A stretch of 64,000 bases of DNA from Nymphaea colorata. Lineage: Eukaryota. The stretch's first letter is position 1. Each line of letters begins with the position of its first letter. The position numbers and the translations under genes were made by a program. The stretch is from positions 41,168,001-41,232,000 of the forward strand of contig NC_045138.2 of NCBI RefSeq assembly GCF_008831285.2. Reading direction: 5' to 3'. Shown piece by piece: positions 38,001-50,121 of the stretch. A model generated the notes under the pieces. That model saw only the letters and a program-made list of their open reading frames with translations. It did not search any database and had not been told where the DNA came from.

Positions 38001-41000
38001 AACAAAGTCCTAAGTGGCATGTAAGGTGGTGCTAAAGAGGCCAATAATATTCTTACGGGTATTAGTCAATCTAGTCTGTCAGACCATTTTGTGTTAGCAC
38101 AAGAAAGGATGTCCTAAATGGCATTGTGAGGTGTCAGATAGGCCAACGGTGTTCTTTTGGATATTCTATGAGCTATGTCACACGGATACGGGTACGGGTA
38201 TCCTATGGATACGTGTACGGGTACGGGGACACGGCATTTTCAAAATTTTAGGATACGCGGATACGGCGAATATTATATTCAAAAAAATTAAAAATGATAA
38301 ACGAAGCCGTCGAGGGTAAACGAAGGTCGAGCGTCGAGGGTAAATGTCAATGCGTAAAACAAAACGCGGGTTAAAAAATCGGTTATACAAGTGGTTTGGA
38401 TCGGGTGTGACCCAGACCCGATCCAAAACGTATCCAGCCGTATCGCCATGTCGGGATCCCCGTGTCCGCGTGTCGACACCGGTACTCGACCCAGTCTGCC
38501 GTATCCGTGTGACATAGTCTATGAGGTTCCATTAGCCACATGAATGTCATACTCATGGTTAATTTGATGACGAGTCTGGACAACTTCAGTTGAATGTACC
38601 AAGTCAATAGTGGTTAACCTTTGTTGCTGAGAGACGTAGAATGGCATGAGGGGAAGTGAGGGATTACAAAAGGAGCATATATTAAATAGACAATTCTATG
38701 GTGGAAAAGGATAAAAGTTTTTATCTAAAGTCGAGTTTGATGTAGTAAGAGACATGAAATATGATGCGGACAAGGTTCGGTAACCATGTCTTATTTCTAA
38801 TTCTCAAATGAACATACTATAAGTATAACCATGTCTTAATTTTTGAACATATGTATAGGCAGATGCAACACATGCAAATACATGAATTTGACTTTTAATA
38901 ATGTCATAATCTCCGATGAATTCACAAGTAGCTTACAAGCCAAAACATGCTTTTGAGAAATCAAGCCAAGCTGGATCATGAGTTTTCCGGCTCAGTCCCA
39001 GGCTTAACTAACTTACTTCATTCGTGAAAAAATGCTATTTATTGACTGCCGATTCCGTCTATAAGTCGTTCCCAGCATCTTTTTCCTATCCAAATTGTAT
39101 GTTCATATATGCATGTGTGCATGCATAAAATTATTTTCAGACTAAAAGTACTTGACAGACGAAAATGAATAGCAAACATCAATAATGTCCTGTATGTACG
39201 AAAACGGAACTAAATGTTCAACGTGGCTAGAAAAGGATATCTGCTAATTACTATAAATTGTTGGACATAAACATAGGCTCAAAGAACAAATAAAGAAGGA
39301 AAACTAAGGTGCTTTGTCATTAAGGAGTAAGCTATATGCATCTTCAGGGCATAACGACAAAAACATAAATAAATCTGTAATTTCAAGAGAGATATTGTGA
39401 TCATTAAACATGTTGGTTAGTTTCTTTTTCTGTTGTTTCTTCTACCAAAGATCTCTCTCTGTCCCCTCCTCCTCCTCACCCACAACCTCCCACCCCCACG
39501 CCCTCCCCCCAACCAAATGTGCCTCAGCATGGTAGGCTATCCTTTTATGTTTTCCCCTCTTCCAATGCACATCAAATGATGTGTGTTCTCTACGATATCA
39601 ATATGTATTTCTCTAGGAGAGAGAGCAAGGGCATTAATATATTCAAAAAGCCAAAAATAGAAAGGAAGGCCATATAAGCCATGATAAAGTAAGCTATCAA
39701 ATTTGACTAGAAGCTAAGATCTCTGTCATAGGTTTTTGCCTTGTATGGGCTGTACCTGACAAGTGTGCAGCATTCTCAATCTTGTTTCAAAAATTTATGG
39801 TTTTGCATTTTTGATATGCAGCATAGTCACAAATGTCATTCTTGGTGATACTTTTTCTGAGAGTTTTTCTAAAAATTTGTTTCTCTTGAAAAATCACAGG
39901 AATTATATACAGAACAACAGAAAAATTTATAGAATTATGAGTTGCTTACTAATTATACATAAAAATTGAAAAGCTTCAAAATAGTTTAAAAATTCTGAAA
40001 GACAAAAGTAGAAACATATTATTATACACTAAAAATGCATATAGATGAAGGAGGTTTTTCAGGAAATACGGAAAAAAATATCATGATATTTCCTGTTGAA
40101 AATATTTTACATGTTTTTGGCGATAAACATGATATTTTTGAAATGTCACTGATGTTTGTGACTGCTTCATAGACATGCATGCATATGTGTACAACTCTAC
40201 AGGCATATTTGGAAATGCTTTTTCTGTCAAACTCTTTATTTTATTTGGGACTCACTCAACAAGCTACCTAATGTATCTCCTTATGTTTTGAATCTTTTGA
40301 TACCTCCAGCATGAGTATGCTGACGGATAGAGATGCAATAAGTATTGGTATCAGTTTAGTTAACTTTCTTTGCAAGCTGGATTTTATCTGTCAGCATTTG
40401 CACCATTGAATCAAGAACATATATGAAAAGAGCAGGTTATTAATTGTTTGTCTTGAACTCTATGTCTGCAGATAAAAGTGATCTGTCAATCTATGTCATT
40501 AATAGCCCTAGTTGTTAACCTGCCAACAAGTAGGTTTTGGGGTCAATCCTAGATTTGGTTAATTTCCCTCCTTTCATTCTTGTCATGTTTAACTAAAGTT
40601 TATTTGGAAGGAATTTCAAGCTCTAATCTAAAGGCATTAGACAGAATAAGATTTGAGATCCCTGAGAAATCATTTTATTTTGTCTCTTGCATTAGTTTGC
40701 ATACTATGGAAATCCAAGACATCATAAATTCTGTAGGCTTTGCATGCCAAATTCAATGCTGGGGGACTGATTTTCTGGTTCTTGTGTTAGTTTTTATGAT
40801 AATTAGTTTTGTTTTTCTGAATGGTGATCCTTGAAGAATATTCAACTCTGAGTTTTCATTTGATGATAGTCTTTTCGCTTGCTAAAGTGTGAATCTCCTT
40901 TTCTTTTTTCATGAATCAGCTGTCTTCTTCTAACTTGTTTCATTTATGAGGCAGCTAGTCTATTAATATTGGAAATTCTCATTCTTCTTTATCGTTGTCT

Positions 41001-44000
41001 TGAGTCCTTTGCTGCTTTTCCCTATTCTGAATCAATATTCAAGCAGTTCATCTTAATGTTCACTAGGCTTCATGTGTCACATGCATTGTTCTGATGTTCA
41101 TCTCTTGGGACTAATGTTTTCTGTAGGCCATAACTGCTCTAAAGAAAGGAGCATATTTGCTTAAATATGGCCGCAGGGGGAAGCCTAAATTTTGCCCATT
41201 CAGATTGGCTAATGTAAGTTACCTTCATCTCAGTGTTGCCGCATGCTTAAAATCTAGATTTCGATACTGCTCTTAAATTTCTGGACTCTTCACTGGATAT
41301 TGTCATTAATCAGTGTGGTTACAGTTTCAAACTTAGCATATCTCTATAGGCTTTAGATTTGTTGATGCAGCATACTCATTCTTTTGCAAGACCTGTATTT
41401 TCCTTTTATGTTTAAAACTTTAAAAACATTACATTCTGCAATTTTTCTAACCGAAAGTCTGATATATTTATGTAGCATTTGTTACCACCTTGATCTATAT
41501 CTTATATCTGTTCTCACTTAACATGATCACCTATCTTCCAATTCAGACCATCTAATAGATTGTATATTTTCTTGTTACAGGACGAGTCTGTTTTGATATG
41601 GTACTCTGGTAAAGAAGAGAAGCATCTTAAGCTGAACCATGTATCAAGAATTGTCCCTGGGCAGCGAACAGTAAGTTCAACTCACTACACAAGCTTCTGA
41701 TGGCTGTTTATGAAGCACAGATGTGTTGTTATAGACAAATAAAACCAGTGTTGTACGTATCGTACGATACGGGGCCGTATCGTACGATACATGTCGTACC
41801 GTTTGGAATTTATGGTACGATACACCCCCTGTATCGTAAATGGGGGGTGTATCGTCCCTGTATCGCACGTAGGGTCCGTATCGTACGATACGAGTTGTTT
41901 TTCATAGACGGCCGCTGCCACACCCTTCTCCTTTTCCGAATAGTGATCCCTGTACCCACACACCCCCTCTACTTCTCCGCTACAGCCACCCACCACCACC
42001 ACATTAACGCAAACAGGGAGACGATTGAAATTTATCAAAACTCAGAAGTTCCAATTTTTCTATACAAATTGGTGGGAAAAAAGATTCCCGATTGTTAGTG
42101 AGGAAGAAAGAAGAGAGAGAGTACTGAGGGTGTCGAGGAGATCGTTCGCCACGTAATACGTGCACTTCCATTGATCTGTCTCGAGGGAGAGAGAGGATGA
42201 AGAGACGATGAGAAGAGAAGATGGCGATGACAAGAAGAAGACGAAGAGGAGGAATAGAAGGCTTAAGGAGCTGACAACCATCTCTCTCCTTCTCACTCTC
42301 TTGCAGATCTGAGTGAAGCAGTGTGGGAGTGAAGCTTTCTCCCCTGTCTTTCTCGTTTTTTTACCCTCACCATAAGTGGAAGCACTTTGAAGCCTGGTTT
42401 TTATTGGATTGGATTTGGATTTGACACTGGGTCCAAACATGAGAACATTAACGAATACCGAAGGGAATAACGAATACTCCTTTTCATCATTTTCTATATT
42501 TATGAATATTGGATGATGATGAACATATTATTCTTGCTTCTTACTGATTTTTTTATGATTTTTTTATTTTTTTATTTAATTTATTTAAAAAAAATCGATA
42601 CGGTTACGATACGTTACGATATTTTACGATATGGCATATCTTAAAGCCAGACTGATATGGCTTACGATACGCTTTTTACAACATTGGATAAAACCACGCT
42701 AGTCAACAACCCAAGTCTTCTGGCTTAGTCTTGAAAATCACATGATGATATTATACATGATGTGCATAAATAGCTGACGCAATGTTTCAGCACAAAATTT
42801 TAGAGAAAGTAAAGTACCATCTTTATGAGGAAAATGTCCAATGTACACCATAGGTTGCATGTTAGTCCATAAAAGGGTTGGTCTGTGAGAAGGATTGGAA
42901 GTTATACGAATTGTCTGATTTAACTCATCTGAATTACCATGTTGCAACTTTTTCCATCTTCTTGCATGATTTTGTAATGAAAATGAGGTCTCTATACATT
43001 CTAATACTGGGGCTAAGTTTAGTTGTTAAGGAGCATAATGACAAAAAATGAACCCTGATAATGTTCAATGTCCAGTGCAAAATAAACAACTCAGTTCAGG
43101 ATCAAAATTAGATTTGTATTGATGTCTGTTTTGGATAGTTCAGACTGAAACGGACACTAAATATGGGAGTGCATATTGTGTCAGTATTTGGGGAAACAAT
43201 ATGGAAATAGTTATGCACAGTAAATGGTTTAATCCACCCTGTTAGGAGAGAAAATTGCATCGTTTTCTTTTCCTGGAAGGCCGAAAAAGGAAAATAAATT
43301 GTGTCAATGTTATCAGGGATGATGACCATATTGCACTAATAAAGAAGGGTGGAAAAGCACCAACTAGTAGATGCTAAAATTGTCCTTGGATGGAAAGGGT
43401 AATTAAATTTCCTCATCAGGCTCATGATAATAAGTACAGAGTTCTTATTAAATTCAGAACTTATTCAAGTAGCACAGTAAATTACTAAAAAAAGCTAAAA
43501 TAATCAAATCACAACTTAGATCATGGGTGATCAGCTTTAGGGCTGATGCATCTCAACAGGATAAAGTCAAGTGTTTAAGATCTGCATTCTGAGAAGGGAA
43601 AGAGAGTATTGAGGAGAACTTTATCATATTGAAAAAGTTGAAGGGTTTAGGCATTGGCAAACTTCTGGTTATGTTTTACACAATGGACATCATAAGAATC
43701 TGATCTACACATTAGCAAAGATGGATTCTTGAGTTGATTCTCAGGCTGTCCAAAATCGAATTTACTATTTTATGTTTAGTTTTCCCAGAAAAGGAAAAAC
43801 TCACTCTATCATTTTTAATAGGGGTTTGGACTCATGAGGATAGTAAACATTTCTTTGTGGTGACTGTAGATTTTTATTTTGGCTGTCATTTTTTCTCTTT
43901 GGTGATTAAGCTTCACATTTAACTTATTTTAGTAAGAGAAAAAATACAATTGTTTTTTGCAGGCAATATTTCAAAGATATCCACGTCCAGAGAAGGAATG

Positions 44001-47000
44001 CCAATCGTTTTCTCTAATATATAATGACAGATCACTGGATTTGGTATGCTATTGTTGAAATTAGTCTTTTTTTATTCTCTACTTCACTATGAAAACTTAC
44101 CTTATTTGTTTCCTATCGCCTTGGTCTTGCTCATTTGTTGGTTCGTATTCACTTCCATTGCCCAGGAGTAATTGAATCATGTTTGCACGTTTTTGTCATT
44201 TTCACTTTGTGATTTTTGTTGGTGTCACAGATATGCAAGGATAAGGATGAGACTGAAGTCTGGTTTGTTGGACTCAAAGCATTGATTTCTCGAACCCATC
44301 ATCGCAAATGGAGAACAGATACAAGAAGTGATGGGCTTTCCTCTGATACAAACAGTCCAAGAACATGCACTCAAAGAAGTTCACCATTGAGCTCTCCTTT
44401 TGGTAGTGGAGATAACTTGCATAAGGTGTTAAACTGAAGTTTGTTTTGTAAAATTGATTTCTTATTTCTGCTAGTACTTTGTTAAGGAAATATTTCCTAT
44501 ACTTGTGCAGGATGGCGATGCACTCCGGCTTCATAGTCCATATGGAAGCCCACCTAAGCATGGTGCGGATAAGACATTCGCTGATGTAATCTTGTATGCT
44601 GTGCCTCCTAAAGGATTCTTTCCTTCAGATTCTATTGGTGGCTCTGCCCATTCTCTGTCATCTGGGGGTTCAGATAGTATCAATGGACTTGTCAGGGGCA
44701 CTGCAACTGACACATTTAGAGTCAGCTTATCAAGTGCTGTGAGCTCATCAAGCCAAGGTTCTGGTCATGATGATGGTGATGCACTTGGGGACGTTTTTAT
44801 TTGGGGAGAAGGTACTGGAGAAGGGATTTTGGGTGGTGGGATCCACAAACTAGGAAGTTCTTCTGGCATCAAACTAGATGCTCTTCTACCAAAAGCTGTG
44901 GAATCAGCTGTAATGCTTGATGTTCAAAATATAGCTTGTGGTGGCAAACATGCTGCCTTAGTCACCAAACAAGGGGAAGTCTTCTCTTGGGGAGAGGAAT
45001 CTGGTGGTCGACTTGGGCATGGTGTTGATGCTGATGCATCACATCCTAAGCTTGTAAGTGCTCTTAGCAGTATGAATGTTGAACTGGTAGCATGTGGTGA
45101 ATATCATACATGTGCAGTAACACTGTCTGGGGATCTCTACACATGGGGTAATGGTACCCACAATTTTGGACTGCTTGGACATGGTAATGAAGTGAGCCAC
45201 TGGGTCCCAAAAAGGGTGAATGGTCCTCTGGAAGGCATACCTGTGTCATCCATTTCTTGTGGTCCTTGGCATACAGCTGTTGTGACCTCTGCAGGGCAGT
45301 TGTTTACTTTTGGTGATGGTACTTTTGGTGCTCTTGGTCATGGAGACAGAAAAAGTGTGTCAGTACCACGAGAAGTGGAGTCCCTTAAAGGTCTGCGTAC
45401 AGTTCGTGCTGCCTGTGGTGTTTGGCACACTGCTGCCGTTGTGGAGGTGATGGTTGGAACTTCTAGTTCAAGCAATTGTTCCTCTGGCAAGCTGTTTACC
45501 TGGGGTGATGGTGATAAGGGTAGGCTTGGGCATGGCGACAAAGAATCAAGGCTTGTGCCAACATGTGTGGCAGCTCTTGTTGAGCCCAACTTTTGTCAAG
45601 TAGCTTGTGGCCATAGCTTGACAGTTGCACTCACAACTGCTGGCCATGTTTACACAATGGGCAGTCCTGTTTATGGCCAGCTGGGAAATGCACAATCTGA
45701 CGGGAAGGTTCCAAATCGTGTTGAAGGAAAGTTACAGAAATGTTTTGTTGAAGAGATATCATGTGGTGCTTATCATGTCGCAGTATTAACATCAAAAACA
45801 GAAGTTTATACATGGGGAAAAGGAGGAAATGGGCGATTGGGCCATGGGGATACAGATGATAGAAACTCTCCCTCTCTGGTTGAGGCCTTAAAAGACAAAC
45901 AAGTTAAAAGTGTTGTTTGTGGCTCAAATTTTACTGCAGCTATTTGTTTACATAAATGGGTTTCTGGTGTTGATCAATCCATGTGCTCTGGCTGTCGCCT
46001 TCCATTTAACTTCAAAAGAAAACGGCATAATTGTTACAACTGTGGGCTTGTCTTTTGTAATTCATGCAGTAGTAAGAAATCACTTAAAGCATCTATGGCC
46101 CCAAACCCAAATAAGCCTTATCGTGTTTGTGATAACTGCTACAGTAAACTGAAGAAAGCTCTAGATAATGGTTTGACTTCACACCCAACAATGAGTAGGA
46201 GAGGAAGCATGCACAGTACCTATAGTGATGCAGTGGAGAAGGAAGAGAAGTTTGACTCTAGATCTCAAGGGCAGGTCTCACGATTCTCTTCCATTGAATC
46301 ATTCAAGCAGGTTGACGGCAGATACTCATCCAAGAGGAACAAGAAATTGGAATTTAGCAGCAGCAGAGTGTCACCTATTCCTAGTAGTAGCAGCCAGTGG
46401 GGTACTCTTACCATTTCAAGATCATTTAATCCAGTATTTGGCTCCTCAAAGAAATTCTTCTCTGCTTCTGTTCCTGGGTCACGAATAGTGTCACGTGCAA
46501 CATCTCCTATATCAAGACGGCCTAGTCCACCACGCTCTACAACTCCGACGCCTACTTTGGGAGGGCTTACTTTGCCTAAAGTAGTTGTAGATGATCCTAA
46601 AAAGACCAACGATAACTTGAGCCAAGAGGTCCTTCAGTTAAGAGCGCAGGTAAGTGTTTCAATTTAAGGAATTTAATTACACTGCTGAATGAAGTAATGT
46701 TTGTTACTATATGTCCCAATGCCTTAGCTCTTTTTTGACAGCTTGGACATGGTTAGATCATGCATACAATAGCATTGTTTAATTAATACATCCTTGCTCC
46801 AGTCAAACTGAGTGGTTTACATTGATGATGAGCGTATGATAGATGACTAAATGAGCTTTGATGGATGTCCTGGATGGCATTTCAATCTATGACGTAGCTA
46901 AAATGGTATCTTAGAATTGTTCATCAAAGTCCTTTAATGATACAGTCATAAAGTTGAAAAAGGAACATTTAATGCCGACAGCTAGACTTGAGCTAGAGAC

Positions 47001-47040
47001 CTCTTGGCATCTCAAATGCTTCTGGAATGGAAACACCTTG

Positions 47041-47072
<32 letters not shown>

Positions 47073-49978
47073 GAGAAAATAAAGTAATGATGTTCCATTC
47101 TGCATGGTGCGTCTTTGTCTGATAGAGTTTCCTTTCCCTATTTCACATTCAGAAAGAACATAACATGAACATGTATAAATGCTTAAAATTTCTTTTGGTG
47201 GAAGTATTTCCTTGGTATTGGGAAGGTAAGCTTCTTATCTGTCCAGTTGAACATGATTTATAAGATCTAAACCTCAACAAATATATTATGATCCCACATT
47301 TGGCTACTTATTATTTTATATTGCACAAATTTCCTCTTTGGGAATCCATTTTTGCCTGTTCTTCAATGGTTTTGACCAATCTTTGTTTCACATATGTAAC
47401 AATTTCACGCAGTTGAATTTAGGAAAAAATTTTTAACTAATTTAATTCTCAAGCATACTGAATGTGTTCTTTTTTGTTAAATTTCAATTGAATTTTGGCT
47501 ACTGAAATCCCAGATACCATGTTGCAATTTGCTTTCTGTTCATTTATGTCATGACAAACTTTCTGTCATCCTGTTGCTTAAGTAGACTATGCTATCTAAA
47601 ATTCAGGTGGAAAATCTCACCCGGAAATCCCAGCTTCTGGAAGTTGAACTTGAAAGAACTACAAAGCAGCTTAAGGAGGCTGTAGCAATTGCTGGGGAAG
47701 AAACAGCAAAATGTAAGGCTGCGAAGGAAGTGATTAAATCTCTTACTGCCCAGGTGATTATTGATTATTTATCTAAGCATCTCTAAATTTTCTCATGTCA
47801 CTGTGTGGAGATATATAGGAAACTTTGAATGGTGCCCACAAAAATTAGTGCCCAGCTTATTCCACCATTTAGTGATGGTGTACCATTTCAGTGGGCACTA
47901 TTCGGTTTCCCTATCTGTACAAGATGGATTGTGGTCCTACTTTATGGCACAAACTGCAAGCCAAAGCAACGTTCAGTTTTTGCTGGTCGGTAAGTGCAAT
48001 CCTGATCGAATTAATACTTGATACTTGAAACATCACTGTTATAGTCAAATAAGTGAAATTAAGCAATTCGTGAATAATTAATAAAAAAAAAAAACAAGAA
48101 GGACCATGCTACCAAAATGCAAAATAAAATCCAGAAGTAGTATACATAAGCAAAGCATTACATATGAGCTATTTACGGGGATGAGTTTATGAATTATCCA
48201 GCAACATATGAGTTTGTAACCAGATATGAGTGTATGACGTTGGCTGCACCAAACATTGCTGACCATTAAATTTGGCAGTCCAGAGTTGCATAACACCTTG
48301 CATCATCACCTAGTGCAGGTAGAATAAAGGTGCTATGACCTTTGTAAAGAGTCTTTGTTACATAGTTATCTTTGAGGGTGTGTTTGGGAAGGGGATAAGG
48401 TCATCACTTGATGGCTATATCTCATGATACACCCCATCATGAAGTGTGTAAACTATAAAGTGCATTAACCATGACTGAGCTGCGGATGCTCCGTCATGCA
48501 TCTGAAGGGAGAATGCTTTTTCTGAGACCGTCTCTCAAAATGGTGTCTCAAGGTCCTTTTCCTCCCAATTCAAATATGCCCTGACAGCAAAATTATCCAG
48601 TTTCTGCAGAGGAGTTAGCTTAACTGCCTATGTGAATGAACTAATGGTTGTAAAAGACTGCTAGAAATTAGTTTGAAGTTCCAATTAATTCACCTCTTGT
48701 TAGGTATGAAAACTTCTTCTTTTATCCCATCAAATAATTGTTATCTGGTGTATGAATAATGAATCTTCTTTTTAACTGCTTTAGCCTTTATGTGTTGTAG
48801 TCTTTTGGTATAATATGCAAATTTTAGCAGGAAAAATGTGTTGATGCTTTGGTTTCATACCACCTTCGTACTTAATAACAGAGTTAAGCAGTACGGTATT
48901 GACCTGGTTAGTGTTGCAGCTGATTCGTAGGGTGTTTGTACTATGAAGTGTAGATTCTGGAATGATTATTGCTTTGGTTATTGAGGTATTGAGAAAGAAA
49001 TGTTTCATTATGCCTCTTGCTATTAAATAATGTTAGGCTCTAGAACATCCATAAGAGAACTAGGAAATGGAAAACTTCCAATTTGAAGTTACCTATGAAA
49101 GTCCAGAATCTAGAACAGTTTTGAACCATAGCATGCATTTTAAGTCTAGTACCTTTTGCATGAGGCAGATCAGATGTCTTTTTGTTAGATTTTGTTTAAG
49201 TGTCAACCAAGTGATACCAGTGCTGTTGGTGGGATGATGAACTTTTCTTGAGTTACTTTTTGGCCAGTAATGAACGGAACTTTGTCACTACTACATGTAG
49301 CCACATGTTCTTTAGAAAATTAGCTAACAAACCATGGTTGGATTTGTTACAGTTGAAAGACATGGCAGAAAGGCTACCTGTAGGGGCAGTGAAGAACAGC
49401 AAGTTAACTGTACCCGGTTTATACACCAACAATGGCAGTCCCACTTCATCTGAGGCTTCTGTCATGCATGCTGAAGAAGTAAGCAGCCTAGGAGCTGGTG
49501 TTCGTGACACTGATTCAAATGGAAACAGTGTGAGTATGAATAGGCCACCAATTGCTAATGGCCCGGCTCATAGTAGTGTTAGAAGCATAAATCACAACAG
49601 AATGGGCAATCCAGATATTGCATCAAGGAATGCTGGCAAGTCATCGGAAAACCATGAACACGAGGGTGAATGGGTTGAGCAAGATGAACCAGGGGTATAT
49701 ATCACCCTTACTTCATTGCCTGGAGGTGGCAAGGATCTCAAGCGAGTTCGCTTCAGGTACATTGCTAGAAAATTTTCTGTTCTTATAAAAGTCCTACTGT
49801 ATCTCAGTTATTGAAAACATTCCTTCACACAAAATGTCAATGCAGCCGGAAGCGATTTAGTGAGAGACAAGCAGAACAATGGTGGGCTGAGAACCGAGCA
49901 AGAGTATATGAACAATATAACGTGCGCATGGTCGAAAAGTCCAGCATCGGTGTTGGCCACGACGACGCTTCTCATTGA
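34994..49978 (+). CDS. PRAF1: PH, RCC1 and FYVE domain protein with C-terminal BRX domain (PRAF/RLD family, PRAF1-like); 9 exons, 1107 aa
   Basis: join(34994..35041,41127..41213,41581..41670,43963..44043,44231..44425,44511..46649,47607..47753,49353..49756,49846..49978) = 3324 nt, all GT-AG. N-terminus MADLSRTGPVERDVEQAITALKKGAYLLKYGRRGKPKFCPFRL (PH); RCC1 repeats (ACGGKHAALVT, WGDGDKGRLGHG); FYVE CSGCRLPFNFKRKRHNCYNCGLVFC..C...RVCDNC; BRX EWVEQDEPGVYITL...KRVRFSRKRFSERQAEQWWAEN. The symbol is family-level, not a proven orthology. Confidence 0.97.
36427..36705. mobile_element. hAT-type MITE in PRAF intron 1
   Basis: Degenerate TIR cattgccacaagtat / atatatgtgacacta; exact 8-bp TSD gtattatc (36419-36426, 36706-36713). 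Confidence 0.8.
37009..37735. mobile_element. Older decayed non-autonomous hAT element related to 41746-42686
   Basis: Shares the 3' terminus ttttacaacattg and decayed tacgata subterminal repeats; left end approximate; no TSD. Confidence 0.65.
38173..38517. mobile_element. Young hAT-type MITE, 345 bp, in PRAF intron 1
   Basis: Perfect 19-bp TIR ctatgtcacacggatacgg / ccgtatccgtgtgacatag; exact 8-bp TSD tctatgag (38165-38172, 38518-38525); CpG-rich subterminal tacgg/gatacg repeats. Confidence 0.95.
39822..40166. mobile_element. Decayed MITE related to 36427-36705
   Basis: Ends catagtcacaaatgtcattct / gatgtttgtgactg; shares internal aaatgtcact; no clear TSD. Confidence 0.5.
41127..41213 (+). 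CDS. PRAF/RLD exon 2 (PH domain)
   Basis: AITALKKGAYLLKYGRRGKPKFCPFRLAN; ctgtAG / GTAAGT. Confidence 0.96.
41581..41670 (+). CDS. PRAF/RLD exon 3 (PH domain)
   Basis: DESVLIWYSGKEEKHLKLNHVSRIVPGQRT; ttacAG / GTAAGT. Confidence 0.96.
41746..42686. mobile_element. Non-autonomous hAT element, 941 bp, in PRAF intron 3
   Basis: TIR cagtgttgta / tacaacattg; 7/8 TSD aataaaac (41738-41745) / gataaaac (42687-42694); palindromic subterminal repeats gtatcgtacgatac; no transposase ORF. Confidence 0.88.
43963..44043 (+). CDS. PRAF/RLD exon 4 (PH domain)
   Basis: AIFQRYPRPEKECQSFSLIYNDRSLDL; ttgcAG / GTATGC. Confidence 0.96.
44231..44425 (+). CDS. PRAF/RLD exon 5
   Basis: ICKDKDETEVWFVGLKALISR...GDNLHK; tcacAG / GTGTTA. 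Confidence 0.95.
44511..46649 (+). CDS. PRAF/RLD exon 6 (RCC1 repeats and FYVE finger)
   Basis: 713 open codons within ORF 44505..46667; gtgcAG / GTAAGT. Confidence 0.98.
47607..47753 (+). CDS. PRAF/RLD exon 7 (coiled coil, EETAKCKAAKEVIKSLTAQ)
   Basis: attcAG / GTGATT; BRX N-terminal-like motif. Confidence 0.96.
49353..49756 (+). CDS. PRAF/RLD exon 8 (LKDMAERLP to the first half of the BRX domain)
   Basis: ttacAG / GTACAT; EWVEQDEPGVYITLTSLPGGGKDLKRVRF. Confidence 0.96.
49846..49978 (+). CDS. PRAF/RLD exon 9 (second half of BRX domain, stop)
   Basis: atgcAG; SRKRFSERQAEQWWAENRARVYEQYNV...DDASH then TGA at 49976-49978. Confidence 0.96.
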
Positions 49979-50075
49979 CATTGTTGTAACCCATATGGTT
50001 CATTTGAATTGAAGCCTCAGTGAACATGCTAGGGCTTTTCCTTTGGATGTGCTGCACTGCTTCTAAATGCAGAGT

Positions 50076-50082
<7 letters not shown>

Positions 50083-50118
<36 letters not shown>
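50083..50118. repeat. (AG)n microsatellite in the probable PRAF 3' UTR
   Basis: About 105 bp after the stop codon. Confidence 0.95.

Positions 50119-50121
<3 letters not shown>

Noticed and set aside
42109..42124. 16-nt match (agaagagagagagtac) to the 5' part of miR529
   Set aside because: Low-complexity GA sequence inside a transposon; the 3' end diverges and there is no proper star arm.
41677..42440. ORFs of 63-132 aa in PRAF intron 3
   Set aside because: They lie within the non-autonomous hAT element and lack transposase motifs.
44531..46609. Antisense and alternative-frame ORFs within PRAF exon 6
   Set aside because: Shadow ORFs of a real coding exon.
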